From positions 2,155-66,154 of the forward strand of contig CAVQDT010000009.1 of the NCBI GenBank assembly GCA_963711305.1: 64,000 nt of DNA. Direction: 5' to 3'. Both the position numbers and the translations under genes were made by a program. This stretch comes from an uncultured Pseudomonadota bacterium (GTDB lineage: Bacteria; Myxococcota_A; Polyangia; Fen-1088). How positions within the stretch are numbered: position 1 is the stretch's first letter; the number at the start of each line of letters is the position of its first letter. This document shows positions 46,156 through 55,630 of this stretch, piece after piece. A model generated the notes under the pieces. That model did not search any database and was not told the origin of the DNA. It saw nothing but the letters and a program-made list of their open reading frames with translations.

Positions 46156-46931
46156 TGCGGTAGCCGGTCTTGAACATCCAGCGCACGACCACCAGCAGCG
46201 CCAGCAGGAAGACCAGCGTCATGCCCAGGCTGACCCCGACGGTGACGTCGGATTTTCCGTAGAAGCTCCAGCGGAAACCGCTGATCAGGTAGACCACCGG
46301 GTTGACCAGCGTGATCTTGCGCCAGGCCGGCGGCAGCATGTCGATCGAGTAGAACGCGCCGCCGAGGAACGTCAGCGGCGTCACCACCAGCATCGGGATC
46401 AGCTGCAGCTGCTCGAAGCCCTTTGGCCCAGATGCCGATCACGAAGCCGAACAGGCTGAACGTCACCGCGGTCAGTAGCAGGAACGCGATCATCCACAGC
46501 GGATGGTCGATGTGCAGCGGCACCATGAACGCGGCCGTCGCCAGGATGATGAGCCCGAGCAAGACCGACTTCGTCGCCGCGGCGCCGACGTAGCCGATCA
46601 CCATCTCGATGAACGAGACCGGCGCCGACAGCAGCTCGTAGATGGTGCCCGTGAAGCGCGGAAAGTAGATGCCGAACGATGCGTTCGAGATGCTCTGCGT
46701 GAACACCGACAGCATGATGAGGCCGGGCACGATGAACGCGCCGTACGAGACCCCGCCCACCTGCGACATGCGCGAGCCGATCGCCGACCCGAACACCACG
46801 AAGTAAAGCGACGTCGTGATCACCGGCGTGATCACGCTCTGCACCAGGGTGCGAATGAAGCGCGCCATCTCGAAGCGGTAGATCGCCCAGATGCCGCGAT
46901 AGTTGAAGGCCGGCGCCGCGGAGGCGCTCAT
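46145..46931 (-). CDS. ABC-2 type transporter permease; 1 frame break near 46420
   Basis: Six hydrophobic segments. The N-terminal part is in ORF 46110..46931 and the C-terminal part in ORF 46145..46393, joined at [20 protein letters not shown]. Confidence 0.8.
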
Positions 46932-47902
46932 GACGTCACCCGCGCGCGATCGGCGACCAGGCTCACGAAGATGTCCTCGAGCGAGCTCTGGTGCGTGCTC
47001 AGGTCCTTGAACGCGATGCCAAGCTCGCCCATGCGCCGCAGCAGTGACGGGATGTCGGCGGCGCTATTGCCGGTGCTCGACTCGAACGTCATCTCCAGCT
47101 CGTGGCCGCCGGGTTTCAACCGCAGCTGCCAGGCCGACAGCGCGTCCGGGATCGCCGTCATCGGGTCCTGCAGTTGCAGCGTCATCTGCCGCTTGCCGAG
47201 CTTCTTCATCAGTGTCGCCTTGTCCTCGACCAGCGTCAGCTCGCCCTTCGAGATGATGCCGATCCGATCCGCCATCTCCTCGGCCTCGTCGATGTAGTGG
47301 GTCGTGAGGATGATGGTCACGCCGGTCGCGCGCAGCGCGCGCACCAGCTTCCACATGTCGCGGCGCAGGGACACGTCGACGCCTGCGGTCGGCTCGTCGA
47401 GGAACAGGATCTCCGGCTCGTGCGACAGCGCCTTTGCGATCATCACCCGCCGCTTCATGCCGCCCGAGAGCGTCATGATGCGCGCGTCCTTCTTCTCCCA
47501 CAGCGTGAGCTCGCGCAGCACCTTCTCGATGTGGCCCGGGTTGGGCGGCCGGCCGAACAGGCGGCGGCTGAAGTTCACCGTCGCCCACACCGTCTCGAAA
47601 GCGTCGGTGGTCAGCTCCTGCGGAACCAGGCCCACCTTCGAGCGCGCCGCGCGGAACTCGCGCTGGATGTCGTGCCCGTCGACCAGCACCTGGCCCGACG
47701 TCGGGTTCACGATGCCGCAGATGATGCTGATCAGCGTGGTCTTGCCCGCGCCGTTCGGTCCCAAGAGCGCGAAGATCTCGCCCTTGCGGATCTCGAGGTC
47801 GATGCTCTTCAGCGCCGCCAGGCCCGAGGCGTAGGTCTTGTTGAGATTGCGGATGGTCAGCGTGGGCGTCGCTGTCGCCGGTGTCGTCGTGGGAGGGGTC
47901 AT
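46928..47902 (-). CDS. ABC transporter ATP-binding protein
   Basis: GPNGAGKTT (Walker A), LSGGMKRR (signature), [12 protein letters not shown] (Walker B). Intact. Confidence 0.92.
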   Translation of the reverse strand: MTPPTTTPATATPTLTIRNLNKTYASGLAALKSIDLEIRKGEIFALLGPNGAGKTTLISIICGIVNPTSGQVLVDGHDIQREFRAARSKVGLVPQELTTDAFETVWATVNFSRRLFGRPPNPGHIEKVLRELTLWEKKDARIMTLSGGMKRRVMIAKALSHEPEILFLDEPTAGVDVSLRRDMWKLVRALRATGVTIILTTHYIDEAEEMADRIGIISKGELTLVEDKATLMKKLGKRQMTLQLQDPMTAIPDALSAWQLRLKPGGHELEMTFESSTGNSAADIPSLLRRMGELGIAFKDLSTHQSSLEDIFVSLVADRARVTS

Positions 47903-47970
47903 TGCGTCGGGGCGGAGGTTAGCGCAGGTTTGGCCCTTCCGGTTGGGGCGACCGGCATCAGATTGAATCC

Positions 47971-48852
47971 GTGCCGCGTCCCGTCTGGCGAGGAACGATC
48001 AGCTTTGGCCTGGTGGCGATCCCGGTGAAGGTCTACCCGGCGATCGAGTCGCACCGCCCCGTCTTCCACGAAGTCGAGAGCGCGACCGGGCGGCGCATCC
48101 GCTACAAGCGCGTCGCCGAGGGGTCCGGGCGCGAGGTGCCGTGGGAGAAGATCGAGCGCGGCTTCGAGGTCGGGAAGGGCCGATTCGTCGCGCTCAGCAA
48201 GGAGGAGCTCGCCGCTGCCGAGCCGAAGGCGATGCACACGATCGACGTCGAGCAGTTCGTGGGCCTCGACGAGATCGACCCGGTCTCGTGGGACCAAACC
48301 TACTACATCGCGCCCGACGGCGTCGCGGGAGAGAAGTCATACGCGCTGTTCCGCGAGGCGCTGAAGCGCAGCGGGCGCGTCGCCATCGGCCGCTTCGTCA
48401 TGCGCACCAAGGAGCGCGTGGTCTGCGTGCGCCCCTTCCAGGACGTCATCGCGCTGCACACCATGTTCTTCCCCGACGAGGTCCGTGACGCGCACGAGCT
48501 GCCCGACCTGCCAAAGGCCCGGGCGGCGGCGGGCGCGAGCCGCGGCCGCGAGATGACGCTCGCGCTCCAGATCATCGACTCGCTCACCGAGAAGTGGGAT
48601 CCCTCGAAGTACCAGGACACCTTCCGCGAGCGCGTGATGAAGCTGGTCGAGGAGAAGGCCAAGGGCGGCGAGATCGCCGTCGAGCCCGAGCGCGAGCAGG
48701 GTGGCCAGGTCGTGGATCTGCTGGCCGCACTCAAGGCCAGCCTGGCCAAGGGCAAGGGCGAGCAGAAAGGCGCCGCGCACGCCCCGCCGCGCCCCGGCCG
48801 CCGAGGCAAGCCGCGCGCCCCGTCGTCGGTGAGACACTCTCGCCACGCCTAG
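47971..48852 (+). CDS. ku: Non-homologous end-joining protein Ku
   Basis: [24 protein letters not shown], and a basic Lys/Arg-rich C-terminal tail. GTG start. Confidence 0.9.
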   Translation: MPRPVWRGTISFGLVAIPVKVYPAIESHRPVFHEVESATGRRIRYKRVAEGSGREVPWEKIERGFEVGKGRFVALSKEELAAAEPKAMHTIDVEQFVGLDEIDPVSWDQTYYIAPDGVAGEKSYALFREALKRSGRVAIGRFVMRTKERVVCVRPFQDVIALHTMFFPDEVRDAHELPDLPKARAAAGASRGREMTLALQIIDSLTEKWDPSKYQDTFRERVMKLVEEKAKGGEIAVEPEREQGGQVVDLLAALKASLAKGKGEQKGAAHAPPRPGRRGKPRAPSSVRHSRHA

Positions 48853-48858
48853 CCGTTG

Positions 48859-50385
48859 CTATTTGCAGCGCGCTTTGACCTCGCCGCCGAGAATGTCGCG
48901 AATCTCGGTCTCGACGTCGCTGAACTCGTCGGACTTCGGGAAGCGTTCCAGGCCGCCTTGCAGCTTGGCGATCCCTTCCTCGGGCCGACCAAAGATCGTC
49001 AGCGCACGCCCGAAATCTTGCAGGATCCGCATGCTGTCTCGATCTCGGTACGGTTCGCCGTACTTGTCGATGTGATCCAGCGCCTTTTGATAATAGACCG
49101 GGACGCTCTTCGTGTAGGAGGCATCCAGTCGAAACAGACACGGGATGTTGTTCCCGCCTTCCACGGGAACCCTCGCAATCGAAGTACTGTTGTTGACGAG
49201 GAGGTTTCCGAGCTGCTGGAGGATCTCGAAGGGGTGGTAAGAAAATGTGGATACCGCTCCGGGTTGGCTGATCCCGATCTCCTTCGCCAGCTTTTCGTCG
49301 TCTTCCGAGAACCGGTGGACGCTATTGCCGGTCTTGTAGCTCTTGACCGTTTTGGTTTCCTCGAAGAGCTTGAGCTCGTTATCGACGTGAGCCTGCAGAT
49401 GATCTTTGTACGTGCTCTGAGGACTACCCTTGGCGATGGCCTGCACGACCTTCAACAGGTGATACTGGCCGAACAGGACTCGGTACGCTTGGTTGCGGTC
49501 CGACGTCCCGGCATTCCCCTTGGCGAGCTCGGTCTCGATGTGATCGAGTAGGGTTCGCTCCGAGTCCGAGAGCTGGGTGGTCCGAACATTCTTGGCCTCG
49601 TAGAGCGCCTTCATGATCTGCCGGTAGCGGTCCTTGCCCAGCTGGAAGTCGGGGCTGGCCGCGACGACCTTCTGCATTTGCTTGGAGGCACCGTCCAGAT
49701 CGCCGCGATCACTGGCATCCAGGCCTTTCGAGTACGCCAGGACCACGCCGAGGTCGTCGACCTTGTTCGAGCGCGCGGCGGCCGCCGCCTTCGCCGCGTC
49801 ACCCGCCGCCAGCACGCCCGACAGCCCTTCGATCAGCTTGCCCGTGAGCTGCTGCTGCAGATCGAAAAATTTGTCCTTGGTACCGGCGACGCTCGCTGAC
49901 TTGACCACGACGCCCGAGTCGATCTTGATCATCCGCACGTCCAGCCGGATGTTGGGTTCGATCGAGAGGAACGAGCCCGTGACCGCGTAGGCAGCGCCGG
50001 TTCCTTTGCCGATCCGCTGCGCGGTCTTGGGATCGAAGTACTTCTTGCGCTGCAGCTTGAGCTCCTTCAGCAGCGCCTCCAGCTTCTCGCGCTCGACGAC
50101 CCGCAGGCTGGGCACCGCCGTCAGATCGGTGATCATCATGTCGGCCAGCCCCTTGGCCAGGCTGTCGTACTCGGCGCTCCCCGTGTCGTTGTCGAAGTAC
50201 AGCACCATCACCGCCGTCGGCGCCGCACGCGCGGCGCGCGCACCGGCCACGCTCAGCACAAGCGCGACCACGAGCGAAAGCCACCCGGGCCGACGCCGGC
50301 GAAGAGTCGCGGCCGCCCGATCCCACAAGCCCGAGTCCACACATCCCATGCGCGGCACCATAGCTTGTCCCTCACGGCCTTCCAA
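48859..50385 (-). CDS. Secreted protein with N-terminal CsgG/LpoB-like domain and an unknown low-GC C-terminal half
   Basis: Signal ([19 protein letters not shown]). VLYFDN..GLADMMITDL...VVEREKLEALLKELKLQ...AYAVTGSF is CsgG/FlgO-like. Residues ~230-508 have no motif. GC is about 50-58% over 48860-49620. Start uncertain (50385 or 50361). Confidence 0.6.
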   Translation of the reverse strand: MEGREGQAMVPRMGCVDSGLWDRAAATLRRRRPGWLSLVVALVLSVAGARAARAAPTAVMVLYFDNDTGSAEYDSLAKGLADMMITDLTAVPSLRVVEREKLEALLKELKLQRKKYFDPKTAQRIGKGTGAAYAVTGSFLSIEPNIRLDVRMIKIDSGVVVKSASVAGTKDKFFDLQQQLTGKLIEGLSGVLAAGDAAKAAAAARSNKVDDLGVVLAYSKGLDASDRGDLDGASKQMQKVVAASPDFQLGKDRYRQIMKALYEAKNVRTTQLSDSERTLLDHIETELAKGNAGTSDRNQAYRVLFGQYHLLKVVQAIAKGSPQSTYKDHLQAHVDNELKLFEETKTVKSYKTGNSVHRFSEDDEKLAKEIGISQPGAVSTFSYHPFEILQQLGNLLVNNSTSIARVPVEGGNNIPCLFRLDASYTKSVPVYYQKALDHIDKYGEPYRDRDSMRILQDFGRALTIFGRPEEGIAKLQGGLERFPKSDEFSDVETEIRDILGGEVKARCK

Positions 50386-50454
50386 TCCGACTTGGGCTCT
50401 GGAACTGGACGGAATTCTCGTGCTAGAAACGCGGTGCTCTAGATTCTAGAATCT

Positions 50455-50537
50455 GCCGGAGTGGCGAAATGGTATACGCAGCGGACTCAAAATCCGCCGC
50501 TCGCAAGGGCTTACGAGTTCAAGTCTCGTCTCCGGCA
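50455..50537 (+). tRNA. tRNA-Leu (anticodon CAA), type II with long variable arm, CCA not encoded
   Basis: Acceptor GCCGGAG/CTCCGGC plus discriminator A. Anticodon stem GCGGA/TCCGC with loop CTCAAAA. Variable arm GCTCgcaaGGGC. T arm ACGAG-TTCAAGT-CTCGT. Confidence 0.9.
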
Positions 50538-50662
50538 CTGGGCGAAATTCTTGCGGAATTCTGCGATTCCCACCTCGGGATACCGTCGCTCGGCCAAGCC
50601 CCGCGCTTACTATCGCCTCCCTAGCGAAGCTTTTCTTGTCGAAGGCTGCGCTGGAGAGGTCG

Positions 50663-51988
50663 TCAGGATTCGGCCCGTCCTGAGTTCTCGGTGCTTTGGC
50701 CGGAGACCTCAGTAGGTGAGTACTGATACGGACGCGCACACACGTATGCGCGGAACAGCGAATCCTTGAAACGGTAGTAGCGCTCGCGAACCTTGACGAG
50801 TTCCGCACCGTATTCCTCCGTCACGAGGTTGCCCACATATTGGCTCGGATTTTCGACCCCGGCCCTTATCGCAATTGGATAGGCGTCGCTGGTCCACACC
50901 TCGACATTCTTTATTGCAAAAGCCAGCGCTCGCAGGACGGCCTCGCGATGTGGGGACGATTGAATAGCCTTCTTGTACCGACTCTCGAGGACCGGATCCG
51001 CTCCAGATTCGGCGATGGTGTGGATGGTGGTTTCTATGTCCGCCGCCGTGATGTTTGCACGGCCTTCTCGCCACGCTGAGCGAAGCGAATGCTTTCCCAG
51101 CAAGTGCAACATATAAGGATGGCCCTGCGCGAGGGACACGAGGCGATTACGGGCCCCCTTCTCGAAAATGACCGTCCCTCCGATGTGATTTTCGGCAATC
51201 GTGATGATTTCGATCAGTTCCTGAGGCGTCATCGCTAGCACGTCAACCACGCCACCCGCGAACAAGCGATCAGACGATTCATGCTCCTTCATGAGATCAT
51301 AGAGATCGTGCGCGACGCCCACTATAGCGAATCGCAATTTTGGAACGTTGGTTGCGAGCGCCTTCAATAGTGACGCAAATCCTGATTTGTCGCCGATTTG
51401 GTCAAATTCATCTATGACCAAAAGAATCCCATCGCGCGCGGGCTGTTGCCTGGCAAGCAGCGAAACAACGTTGGTAAAAACCGAGGCGATGTCGTGCGTT
51501 GGTGTTGGGTTTTCTGACGACGTTTCAGTCGATTTTGTTCCTCCGAGGCCAATGCCAATTCCGAGGACACTGGCTTCGAATTTGGGATTGTAGGCTTCCA
51601 ATACCTTCTTTGCCTGCGGAACGTCGTAAACCCACGGAGAGAGACAATCAGTCGACGACAGAAGGCGTTCAAGCAGGTGGTCGGTCGAACGTATTGAGTT
51701 CCCGCATGTATATGAGAGACTCAAGAAGTCTAGCTTTCTATCGTGAACGATTGAGTAGCGCTCTAGGAGCTCATTGTGCCCTGTCGCGAGGAGCGAAAGT
51801 TGACGCGCCAGGGACGACTTGCCGACGCCGCGATTCCCCAAAAGGGCGAGATTGCACCCGTCAGCCAGTAGGCCAAGGTAACACTGCTCAATTTGCGTTC
51901 GCCTGCCGGCGAAGCGTTCCGGATCGGTAATTTCACGGGCTGGCAGAAAGGCATTCTCGATCTGGTCCTGCGATACCGGTTCTGTCAT
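50663..51988 (-). CDS. Orphan ORC/Cdc6-like (AAA_16/Arch_ATPase-like) P-loop ATPase, low GC
   Basis: FAGRRTQIEQ then Walker A GNRGVGKSS, Walker B LLVIDEFDQ, LAQGHPYMLHLLG, and a helical/wHTH-like C-terminus. SD GAGGA. GC about 52-55% against about 70% in the flanks. Confidence 0.7.
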   Translation of the reverse strand: MTEPVSQDQIENAFLPAREITDPERFAGRRTQIEQCYLGLLADGCNLALLGNRGVGKSSLARQLSLLATGHNELLERYSIVHDRKLDFLSLSYTCGNSIRSTDHLLERLLSSTDCLSPWVYDVPQAKKVLEAYNPKFEASVLGIGIGLGGTKSTETSSENPTPTHDIASVFTNVVSLLARQQPARDGILLVIDEFDQIGDKSGFASLLKALATNVPKLRFAIVGVAHDLYDLMKEHESSDRLFAGGVVDVLAMTPQELIEIITIAENHIGGTVIFEKGARNRLVSLAQGHPYMLHLLGKHSLRSAWREGRANITAADIETTIHTIAESGADPVLESRYKKAIQSSPHREAVLRALAFAIKNVEVWTSDAYPIAIRAGVENPSQYVGNLVTEEYGAELVKVRERYYRFKDSLFRAYVCARPYQYSPTEVSGQSTENSGRAES

Positions 51989-52540
51989 CGTAGTCCTCGC
52001 ATCCCTGGTCCAACCCCTCGGTGACTACTCCTCCGCGGCACTTTAATTGAGGATCACGGAATAGCCTAACCCATCAATTTGCCGCCATGCGGAGCCTATC
52101 TGAGACCACTCGACACCATGGTGCTCCGAACGCAATGCCCCCCCAGTACTCCACGCCAAGCCGGTCCTGCTTCTGGCGTCGCGGCCCGAGGCGCCACAAC
52201 CGGGCAAACGTGTCGAGCCTCCGGGGCGCATACCGACCGAGCCTTTCGCGCTGCGCGCACGAGCCTACTACCGCGCAAGGCTCGCCGCCCTATCGCCCCA
52301 CCGGCTTGTAGCTGCTCATGATCTGCTGGTCGGTGCAGGGAACGACCTCCGTCGAGGCGAGACCTGGTCGCCGGCTAGTCCGATCACCTTGGTCGCAATC
52401 TCTTCCATCGCTAGATTTGTGAAGTCCGTAATTGGTCGCGCAATGTTTTGCCGGACTGTCTTCGCGCTGGTGGAGACGGGCGGTTCGTAGCAGAATGCCG
52501 CGCATCCGGTGAGGCGTTGGCTTTTCCGAGTCGGACGACC

Positions 52541-53674
52541 ATGAAACCACACGTCGTGATCTCCCTGCGCGTGTTTGGACGTCTGGGTGTTACCGCGCTC
52601 GTTTGCTTGTCCGGTTGCGCGCAGATCTGGGGATTCGACGATCTCAATCATTCTGCGCAAGGCGACGGCGCCGGTGGCTCCAGAATGATCGTCGAGATCG
52701 GCAGCGGCGGCGCGGGCGGTTTCACCGGCGGGGATGGAGCGGGCGGAACGTCCGGCATGGGTGGAGACACGGGTGGAGGCGGCGCCGCCGGTATCCCCGG
52801 AACCGGCGGCGTTCAGGGCACCGGCGGAGTCGCGGGGATCGGCGGCGTGCCCGGCACGGGAGGCAAGGCCGGCACGGGCGGTGCGCCCGGTATCGGCGGC
52901 GCGCCCGGCGTCGGCGGCGCGCCCGGCGTCGGCGGCGCACCCGGCGTCGGTGGCGCGCCCGGCGTCGGCGGGGCCAAAGGCCTTGGCGGCGCGCAGGGTA
53001 TGGGCGGCGCGCCCGGCGTCGGCGGCGCGCCCGGTATCGGCGGCGCACCGGGGGTCGGCGGAGCCACCGGCACCGGTGGCGCGGCGGGCTGCACCGCGAC
53101 GAGCTGCGCGACCGGTTGCTGCGCGGCCGGCCGCTGTATCACCCCGACCACGGCGCAGCAATGTGGCACCCGGGGCGCGGCCTGCACCGCATGCGGCGGC
53201 TGCCAGCTTTGCGGCCCCGGCGGCACCTGCGCGATCGATCCGGCCTCGAACTGGACGTTGCGTTGCGCGTCGGCGCAGCTGACCGTCACGCCCCCCACCG
53301 GAACGACCTGGGATCCGGCAGGCGTCGCTGGCGACGGAACCGCGCCCGATCCGTTCTGTCAGTTCGAAAAGCCCGCGGGCGTCATCGATTCCGCGACCGG
53401 CGCGGCGACGCGGACGATCAACGACAGCTTCACCGCGACGTGGAATCAGACGGTCACCGCAGGCACGACCACCATCACCGCGGCAGAGCTCATGTCGACG
53501 GACATGAACACCTGGCGGGTCTGGGTTGGCGACAGCGAGTTCAACGGACGCGGCACGCTGGCTTGCCAGGTGCGCCCACCGCTACAAGCCGCCGCGCTGG
53601 TCGACGGTCAATTGACGGTGGCCAACACGCAGAACTGCGTCTCGTTCACGGTCACCCTCGTCTGCCAGCCCTAG
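52541..53674 (+). CDS. Lipoprotein with collagen-like GGxPGx repeats, a Cys-rich module and a C-terminal beta domain
   Basis: Lipobox LVCLSGC followed by AQIWGFDDL. About 130 aa of GG(A/V)PG(V/I/T) repeats. CATGCCAAGRC...CTACGGCQLCGPGGTC. Intact. Confidence 0.7.
   Translation: MKPHVVISLRVFGRLGVTALVCLSGCAQIWGFDDLNHSAQGDGAGGSRMIVEIGSGGAGGFTGGDGAGGTSGMGGDTGGGGAAGIPGTGGVQGTGGVAGIGGVPGTGGKAGTGGAPGIGGAPGVGGAPGVGGAPGVGGAPGVGGAKGLGGAQGMGGAPGVGGAPGIGGAPGVGGATGTGGAAGCTATSCATGCCAAGRCITPTTAQQCGTRGAACTACGGCQLCGPGGTCAIDPASNWTLRCASAQLTVTPPTGTTWDPAGVAGDGTAPDPFCQFEKPAGVIDSATGAATRTINDSFTATWNQTVTAGTTTITAAELMSTDMNTWRVWVGDSEFNGRGTLACQVRPPLQAAALVDGQLTVANTQNCVSFTVTLVCQP
52843..53080 (+). repeat. Coding tandem repeat, 18-bp period (GGCGGCGCGCCCGGCGTC)n, degenerate at the edges
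   Basis: At least four near-identical consecutive units around 52890-52970, encoding GGAPGV. Confidence 0.8.
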
Positions 53675-53688
53675 GCGGGCACGAGCCG

Positions 53689-54453
53689 CTACCAGGTCAA
53701 CGTGACGCCAGCGCTGGCGGTGTTCACCGTCGGCGCGACGGCGACTCGCTCTTGGGTCCCCGGCCATGCAAAGTAAACGGTTGCCGCGCCCGCGAGGAAC
53801 ACCGCGGCTCCCACGAACGCGACGGTCGAAACCAGGGCGCGATCGTGAGCGGTGCGTCCGTCGGCGATCCCCTGCGCAGAGCACGAATTGGCGTTGCCTC
53901 CGCACTCGGTCGCGAGCGCGTGATCGTACTCGGCCTTGGCCAGGAAGGACCAGACCGTGCCCAGCACCAAGCTCGCGCCCGACGCGCCGAGGAGCGCGCC
54001 CGCGACCGGCCTGCGCCAGCGCGGCACCATGGCTCGCGGCTCCGCGTTCGCGGACGATGACGCCTGCTTCAACTGAAGCCCGGGCGCGACCGGGTCGGGC
54101 GACGACTCGTCGCGCGCCGCGCCGGCGACCGCGCTCGCGGGCGTGAGAAAGACCAACACGCGAAGCTTGTGTTGCCCTTGCTCTGCCTTGGCGACGACCG
54201 TGGTTTCAATGTCGTTGAAGCCGGCCGCGTGGAACCGCAAATGGTGCTCCCCCAGATCGATGGTCAGGGATTGCCCCTCGACGTGGTCGACCAGGAGCTG
54301 GCCGTCGATGGTGACCCGCACGTCGTGGAGGTCATTGCCGGCGGCGTCCTTCACCACCAGCGCGATCTCTTGTCCGGCCCAGGCAGAAATGGCCGGGGCG
54401 CTCACGCCGACGAACCCCACAAACAACGACAAAATGCGACGATCAATCGTCAC
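53689..54453 (-). CDS. Secreted/membrane hypothetical protein (254 aa)
   Basis: Signal peptide, PEGA-like beta segment (VRVTIDGQLL), C-terminal TM-like segments. Intact. Confidence 0.5.
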   Translation of the reverse strand: MTIDRRILSLFVGFVGVSAPAISAWAGQEIALVVKDAAGNDLHDVRVTIDGQLLVDHVEGQSLTIDLGEHHLRFHAAGFNDIETTVVAKAEQGQHKLRVLVFLTPASAVAGAARDESSPDPVAPGLQLKQASSSANAEPRAMVPRWRRPVAGALLGASGASLVLGTVWSFLAKAEYDHALATECGGNANSCSAQGIADGRTAHDRALVSTVAFVGAAVFLAGAATVYFAWPGTQERVAVAPTVNTASAGVTLTW

Positions 54454-54486
54454 GTTGCACCAAAGCCCCCGGGATTTGCTTGATTG

Positions 54487-55467
54487 TCAGAAGCGCCCAT
54501 CGAGCCTCAACGTCCCAAATCCCACCGTGAGCTGCGCCGAGCTCGCCTGGGTTTTCGCCGTCACCGTCGAGTAAAGGGTGATTCCACCGACGACGAGCGC
54601 TGCCGCCGTGAGGGAGTCGGCGATGATCGAGAACGTCCTCGTTCGGTTGGCCAGGTGATCGAGCGCTTCCGTGGTCGTCGGGAACTGACGGCGGATTTGC
54701 TGCAAGTCATTCGACTCGTTGCGCGCGAGCAGGCCAAAGGTGACCGCCCCGCCCGCGAGGACGCCGGTTGCCACCCAGCCAGCGAGCCGCAACATCGAAG
54801 AGCTCGCCGGCGGATGGGGCGAGGAGTCGACGACCATGCCGTCCACCGCCAGCGCCGAGCTGGCCGGAAGCGCCGGCGACCGAGGAACCTCGATAGTCAC
54901 GAGGACGTCGTCTTCGGCCGCGACGTCGATCGGGCGCTCGACTGCGGGACGGCCGGGCAACGCTGCGCGCAGGGTCAGCCGACCGGCTGTCACCATGATC
55001 GGCTTTTGCAACGGCGACTCCCCCACGACACGGTCGTTGACGCTGACCGTCGCGCCCGGCGGGACCGTGACCACGCGCAGCTGGCCGACTCGCGTGCTCA
55101 GCTCCTTGATGTTGCGCTCGGCGATCGGCCGATGCTTGTCGTCGGCAGGAGCCTCGAAGAGGTAGCGCTGGAACGTCCCCAACGCGGCAGCATAGTCGCG
55201 GAGCTGATACTCGGTCTCACCGATGTTGAACAGCACGACGCCGTTCGGAGCCAGCGTGTAGGCGCGCGTGAACTCGACGAGAGCGCCACGGTAGTCGGCC
55301 TCGAGATAGAGCGCGACGCCTCCCTGAAAATGGCGCTCGGCCTCACCGAGGCCGGCGTCCGGCTCCGCGGATGCGACCGAGGAAAACGGTCCAACGCCGA
55401 AGCCCATGGAGAGGACCAATCCAAGGCCCATAGCTAGCAGGCCGACGCGTGCACGAGGTTTGATCAT
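54487..55467 (-). CDS. PEGA-domain protein with TPR-like N-terminus and C-terminal TM helices
   Basis: LRVVTVPPGATVSVNDRVVGESPL is a PEGA motif. Signal peptide. Two hydrophobic helices near the C-terminus. Confidence 0.7.
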   Translation of the reverse strand: MIKPRARVGLLAMGLGLVLSMGFGVGPFSSVASAEPDAGLGEAERHFQGGVALYLEADYRGALVEFTRAYTLAPNGVVLFNIGETEYQLRDYAAALGTFQRYLFEAPADDKHRPIAERNIKELSTRVGQLRVVTVPPGATVSVNDRVVGESPLQKPIMVTAGRLTLRAALPGRPAVERPIDVAAEDDVLVTIEVPRSPALPASSALAVDGMVVDSSPHPPASSSMLRLAGWVATGVLAGGAVTFGLLARNESNDLQQIRRQFPTTTEALDHLANRTRTFSIIADSLTAAALVVGGITLYSTVTAKTQASSAQLTVGFGTLRLDGRF

Positions 55468-55630
55468 GGATTTCGGTTTTTATTGCCGACCATCGAGACA
55501 AAAAGCCGCAAATCCGTTGCCCGACATCACAACGACGTTGCGCGCGTGGATGCTACCGAACGGATCGCTCTTTGTTCAAGACTGATTCGGTCTTTCTTCA
55601 TTACCCAACTGCCGATAGAGTTCATCCGAG

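Noticed and set aside
47971-48852. Ku as part of an NHEJ operon or a Mu Gam-like phage gene
   Set aside because: No ligD or phage genes are adjacent. The protein has the ordinary bacterial Ku core plus a basic tail. I treat it as a stand-alone housekeeping gene.
52029-52042. Possible att-type direct repeat of the tRNA-Leu 3' end, which would delimit an island at 50538-52042
   Set aside because: Only 7 nt (CGGCACT) match exactly and the rest aligns poorly. A 7-mer match within about 2 kb is expected by chance about 10% of the time, and no integrase is present.
52843-53080. Periodic 18-bp repeat that could be mistaken for a CRISPR-like array
   Set aside because: The units are contiguous with no spacers. 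They lie in frame inside a lipoprotein gene and encode GGAPGV. No cas genes are present in the window.
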